A DNA stretch of 62,948 bases, counting the filler, from Licmophora abbreviata (taxonomy: Eukaryota), in NCBI GenBank assembly GCA_900291995.1. It is 17 parts of 17 records of this genome, joined end to end, with 100 filler letters (N's around TTAATTAATTAA, not from the genome) between each part and the next. Parts side by side here need not be neighbours in the genome. Positions count along the whole stretch, not along the records: positions 57,612 to 58,710 come from OLMU01003458.1; positions 58,811 to 61,518 come from OLMU01003461.1; positions 61,619 to 62,948 come from OLMU01003466.1; 14 more parts are not named here. One strand, 5' to 3'. The stretch's first letter is position 1. Each line of letters starts with the position of its first letter. The translations under genes were made by a program, and so were the position numbers. Positions 58,458 to 62,948 of this stretch are shown here, one piece after another. Below the pieces are notes generated by a model. The model was not told where the DNA came from, searched no databases, and saw only the letters and a program-made list of their open reading frames with translations.

Positions 58458-59115
58458 GTTGAATATGGTAGTCTATAAACACACACACATCCCTCTCTTC
58501 GGTGCCGCGTTTCAAACTCTCGTCATGCATGTCTGTTCCTAGCACTACACGTCATGATCACGTCATCATGAATCATTCTCGAGAGTGCGCATGCATCATC
58601 CAGACGCGTGCGGTGTCAAGTCCCGTGTTCAATGTTCACATTGCACCTACGAGTACTCGTATGCTACATTTAAACATCGCGGACATTCCATCATCATCAT
58701 CACATCAAAANNNNNNNNNNNNNNNNNNNNNNNNNNNNNNNNNNNNNNNNNNNNTTAATTAATTAANNNNNNNNNNNNNNNNNNNNNNNNNNNNNNNNNN
58801 NNNNNNNNNNTTTGATTCAAGATGCGCGCCGCGCGATGAGCCCGTAGCATAACATAAGTGATCACAGGGTAACCTTCATGAACTAATCGGAGTGTGCAAC
58901 AAAGGGTTTTCCCATTCTCTCCTTATACCGTAGAGGCCATCCCTAAGATGAGCAAACTTTGTAATCAGCCATGAGCTCAACTGCAGTCTCAAGCACCGGA
59001 TCGAAGCAGAACAAATTTTGTAACAACCTCTATAGGGGTTAAACAGTAGTCGTAGGTTACTACGAAGTATTCGACACACAACAAAGCATCGCGACTCAGG
59101 ACCCAACCATTTTTG

Positions 59116-60988
59116 TCACGAAATCATCATTGCGGAGCATGTCATGTCGCTATCGCAGTCGTCCAGTATATCGTTGCTGTCCACAAGCGGAAAATCTACA
59201 GTCTCGAAAACGGAATCTCTCTCTTCGGCATGTAGTGCCAAGGCCATGCCGAGCGACCATTCGACTTCGTTTCCATCAACCAAAAAAGTAAAAGTGATAT
59301 CTCGAGACGAGGGTTCGAATCCGAACCCATCACGCAGCAGGGTGACCATGTACACACTTTCCAAACACCTGTGCGGCAAGACTTCTGCACGGGTGTATGC
59401 ATGTGCGTCGTGCTGGATCTCTTCCAGGTCCTGTGGCACGTTCAAGAAGAGGGGAATACGGTAAGCTCTGCGGTGTACATTCGCAGGCAAGGACACCGCC
59501 AAAAACAAACAACTGCGGCTACAATGGAACTTACCCCTATCCAGCTGCGTGAGCACAATCCTTCAAGAGCGTTGAAAAGCTCTTCGATGCTTGGGTTTGG
59601 CCACGAAACGTTCAGCGCTTCGTGCGCCTCCTTTGACGGATGTGAGAGAACCCGCAGACTATCGAGCGAAAAGAAGTACAGTGACATGGCCTTGAACTTT
59701 CCGCGCACAGGCGGATGTTCTACACCACCGACCTTGCTCCCCGGAGAGTGGTCGGAAGGATCAACAGTTTCTTCGTGATGGGGAATCAAGCGCTGCACCT
59801 CGGACACACACTCATGGGCGTCTCCAGTCCCGACAAGAATGTAATCTCGCCACTCAATTTCATATCCTTTGAAGGTGCAAGGGTTTGCGATCACGTTGGA
59901 ACTGCATGTATCCACGCATTCGATGTCCTCGGCTTGTCGCTCTGCCACCCACGTGTCCCATAATCGCTCTCGAAACTGATCGACACCGTACGACAGGTAC
60001 GATGTCGAGAAGAAATCGTCGCCTTGCAACCGGAATGGAACGCTTGATCCACTCGACTCTTCGACGCATCCTTCTTCGTCGTTGCAAGAACTAATATCGG
60101 GCAAGTACACAATCTGCGTTGACGAGCCGCCCATGTCGAGCGCTCCCAGAGGTCCGTGCCCCTCATCCGTCCCTGATTTCGTATGAAGCCTCGCGTCAAT
60201 CACCCCCTCCAAGTAGTTCGCGGCAACGGCTCCATAAAATCCCTCCAGTTCACCACTCAATGTCGAAATGTCGCCTCGTTTCATGTTGCGAAAGACAAAG
60301 GAGTCCGCCGTCACTAGTCCCTCGTAGAGAGCGTCGTATACAGCCTCCTGTTCCTGTTCCTCCACGAGTCTCATCCCTGCCGTGGCTTGATATTTCACAA
60401 CAGTGGAGGGATAAAACTGTGACGGAACGATGTCTGCAGCATACTTAAACAGGGGCAGCAGATGGGCTGCCACATAGGCTGCGTCGAGTGGTATGTGCTG
60501 GTCCGACGGCAGTCGGGCGTAGAAAGACATGGGAACGTCAGCACGCGCAGACCCTCGTCGAATACACTCTGAATCCGTTGCATTCGATACAAACTCAAAA
60601 ACATGAAGTCTGGAACCAGTGGAACCTCCATCCAGAATCTGCAGGAGTAGAAGACAAAATTGGTGAGTGAAAAGGAATCTAGGAGAGAATTTTCGATTTC
60701 GGCCCTCCTCGTAGATTAATCGCGAGATCTGACGACTCTGCAAGGCCTTCCTCTGTTGAACGACTGCGATGGTCCTAAGTTTTACTGAGAGCAACCACGA
60801 TAAGCATTCTCGGGTCACGTGGAGGGTCACGCAACGGACACTAATTGGGCGAGAGATTGCGTCTGCGGCTCGACAATTCTACTTACAATCGAATATGGTG
60901 AGTGCTGGGGAACGTCGTCTGCAAGCACTGCTCGACCAAGCCATAGTGGCACTGCTGCCCACAGCGAAAGGCCGTATACGCTTCTCAT
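59116..60988 (-). CDS. GDA1/CD39 nucleoside phosphatase (apyrase), secretory; introns 60639-60886 and 59431-59534
   Basis: Signal exon MRSVYGLSLWAAVPLWLGRAVLA...YSI|ILDGGSTGSR (ACR1), ATAGMR (ACR2), GELEG (ACR3), DMGGSSTQ (ACR4), EWSLG (ACR5). Confidence 0.94.
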
Positions 60989-62175
60989 GACAATATGATG
61001 AGTTGCTTACGTCGCACTGAGAAACGAATCGGAGCGAGATTCGGTCAATTTTCTTCCTCAAAAGTCCAAGTCTAGACAAGACCCTCTCTCGCGGTATACA
61101 CAGAAGCAGTAATGCTATCCGAGACGACGAATTAAGCGAAACAGCGTTCCAGTTGCGTTGCGTCGCGACAGCACAACGCTTATTGCTCTGCCTCTTTCAT
61201 TTGGAGCAGTGGAAAGCAATTTTCCCGCTTCGCCTTTTTCTGTTGCGTGGATGTGGTGTGTGGCAAAAAGCGGGACTGCGGCGTGTGCTGGTAAACGACC
61301 TACAGCTAGTACGCCGCGCTCACACGTGGTGGAATTTTTGAAAGTGCGGCGGGCTCTAAAAAGTGTACATCGCAGTCCGCGCCGGGCACGTCTGAATAGA
61401 AATAAAATACTCCAGATACTAATATTACATAAATCGCAAACTGCTATCAAAATCTAAGAGTATGAGCCAAACGTGGATGGAGTAGAAATGAATGTGTTAT
61501 GATGCATACTACCGGTATNNNNNNNNNNNNNNNNNNNNNNNNNNNNNNNNNNNNNNNNNNNNTTAATTAATTAANNNNNNNNNNNNNNNNNNNNNNNNNN
61601 NNNNNNNNNNNNNNNNNNTTGTCAATGCGGATGCCTTTGACATCGATGATAGCTTTCCCAGTGCGAGGGCCATGCCCATCATTCCGAGTGCGTCCAGTCG
61701 GATCATATCATATGGCCACAAAAAACGCTGCATTGGTGCTTTTCAAGCAATCTCCTTGCTACTACATCCGTTTATCACATCAAAAGTTGCTGATTGTCGG
61801 ACGTCCCTGAGAATGGGGGCATGGAGTAAGATTCACCATGAAGGACGGATGCTGAACAGAAGGAAGGCGTCATGCGAGAAAGTGCACATCACTGTTGTGT
61901 GACGAATACTCTGGATTTTTTGCATTCGCGCACCCCACGGCAAAAATGATGATCGAGGCTCATGGTCGCATTGAATACAATATTTGCAGCTTTCATATAG
62001 AAAATATCCAAAAGGCCCAACACGTGAAGTATTTGAACGACGTACGGACGCGTCATTTTTTGGCGCGCCGTGATGAACGAATCGAATCATCAACTCACAT
62101 CAAACTCAAAATTCGCGTCGCATTGATGCATGATACATTGACTTTTTTCAATTTGCATCAGCGACGTCTCGAACA

Positions 62176-62710
62176 ATGGTTTCTCCCACTTCCACGGCCC
62201 AAGACGTCTCGTCTTCCGCACCCATGATTCTCAAGATTCATTCCCCAGAGGAACCTCCGGAATGGGCGATGATGGAACTGAATGGAGAGCTTATCCTGCC
62301 GATGGCGCAGCTGCCGAACACGTCGGCATTGGGCAACAGCAGGGACGAGCAGAGCCACGAATTTATTGGAAAGGGGCGTCTAGAGCTAGGATCACTGCGT
62401 TTTTCCAGGGAGGTACGTTTGTTTTCTGCATGTGTCCGAATTGCGATGTTTACATGGAGCTGAGCACTAGTGGAAGATGGTGTAGCTCATGGTGTGTTGC
62501 ACTTTCCTCAACTCTATTATCTATCTTTTTCAGGGAGCTCCTACGATGATTGTAGGGAGTCATGAACTCAAGGGCACGTCTGTAGACCTGAAAGAGCCAT
62601 TTGCCATTCTGAAGAAACGGAAACGTGACGAGTCGACCGACTATGAGGTGGTGGGGATGGTAACCAAGAAACTTTTGTTTGACCGGTATCCCAAGAGTAT
62701 CATGCGATGA
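62176..62710 (+). CDS. CTF8: Chromosome transmission fidelity protein 8; intron 62413-62533
   Basis: EWAMMELNGEL, LELGSL, MIVGSHELKG...LKEPFAIL, KKLLFDRYPK. Confidence 0.9.
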
Positions 62711-62948
62711 GATAGTATTGTAAGTGAGGTACCTGTAGGATGATTCTGCTGGGAGGTTGCATCCTATGATGAGGAGCTGTCAGCGGCGATATCTTCGTGG
62801 GCTCTTAGAGGCAGCTACGAGCTACACAATGACGCAAGGTGCTATTACAGTAGCTAGTGCTCAGCTGTTATGGAATACCGCTCTAGCTTTCTGCTTTCGC
62901 TTCGCGACAGTAGACTAGTGTTATTACGTCTCTTTTTTCTTCGTTATT

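Noticed and set aside
17042..61618. Regularly recurring palindromic TTAATTAATTAA as a biological repeat or CRISPR-like element
   Set aside because: It is always embedded in N runs of fixed length and splits genes with overlapping ends, so it is an assembly linker.
61619..61706. Possible signal-peptide start on the minus strand (MIRLDALGMMGMALALG...)
   Set aside because: Only 29 codons before a gap, so it cannot be supported.
1..62948. tRNA, rRNA, transposon or viral genes
   Set aside because: None recognised by eye. The CCHC knuckles are spliced and CNBP-like rather than gag. A covariance-model search would be needed to exclude small ncRNAs.

Overview
Gene-dense eukaryotic nuclear DNA, very probably from a diatom. 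Evidence: short GT-AG introns (mostly ~80-110 nt), bipartite signal/ASAFAP-type plastid presequences, a CAB-tailed ferrochelatase and diatom-style Pro/Ser-rich secreted proteins. The species cannot be named from the sequence. The window is a draft scaffold of 17 contig pieces joined by 16 artificial N-TTAATTAATTAA-N spacers. Several contig ends overlap, and several single-base frameshifts look like homopolymer errors. About 37 genes were reconstructed by hand with splice sites. Most are housekeeping: ABC1 kinase, DHHC, Mpv17, ferrochelatase, UCH-L, IRE1, NAXD, CCT1, ADAT, SCS-beta, PUS7, SmB, RPC8, NDH-2, apyrase, CTF8. Best candidates for something undescribed: (1) two tandem, spliced, paralogous ~93/102-aa secreted precursor genes, incomplete in the ORF track, sharing a G-x-I-x-x-SRR-x-F...P-x-ASGTF tail after dibasic sites, next to a fucosyltransferase-like gene; (2) an IRE1 with a C-terminal TTP-like CCCH zinc finger; (3) a cluster of secreted Cys-rich/spondin proteins, two ending in a G/R-rich segment plus LRGDxA; (4) a 79-aa Zn-ribbon CaaX protein head-to-head with a DHHC palmitoyltransferase. 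All family calls come from motif recognition; no database search was run.
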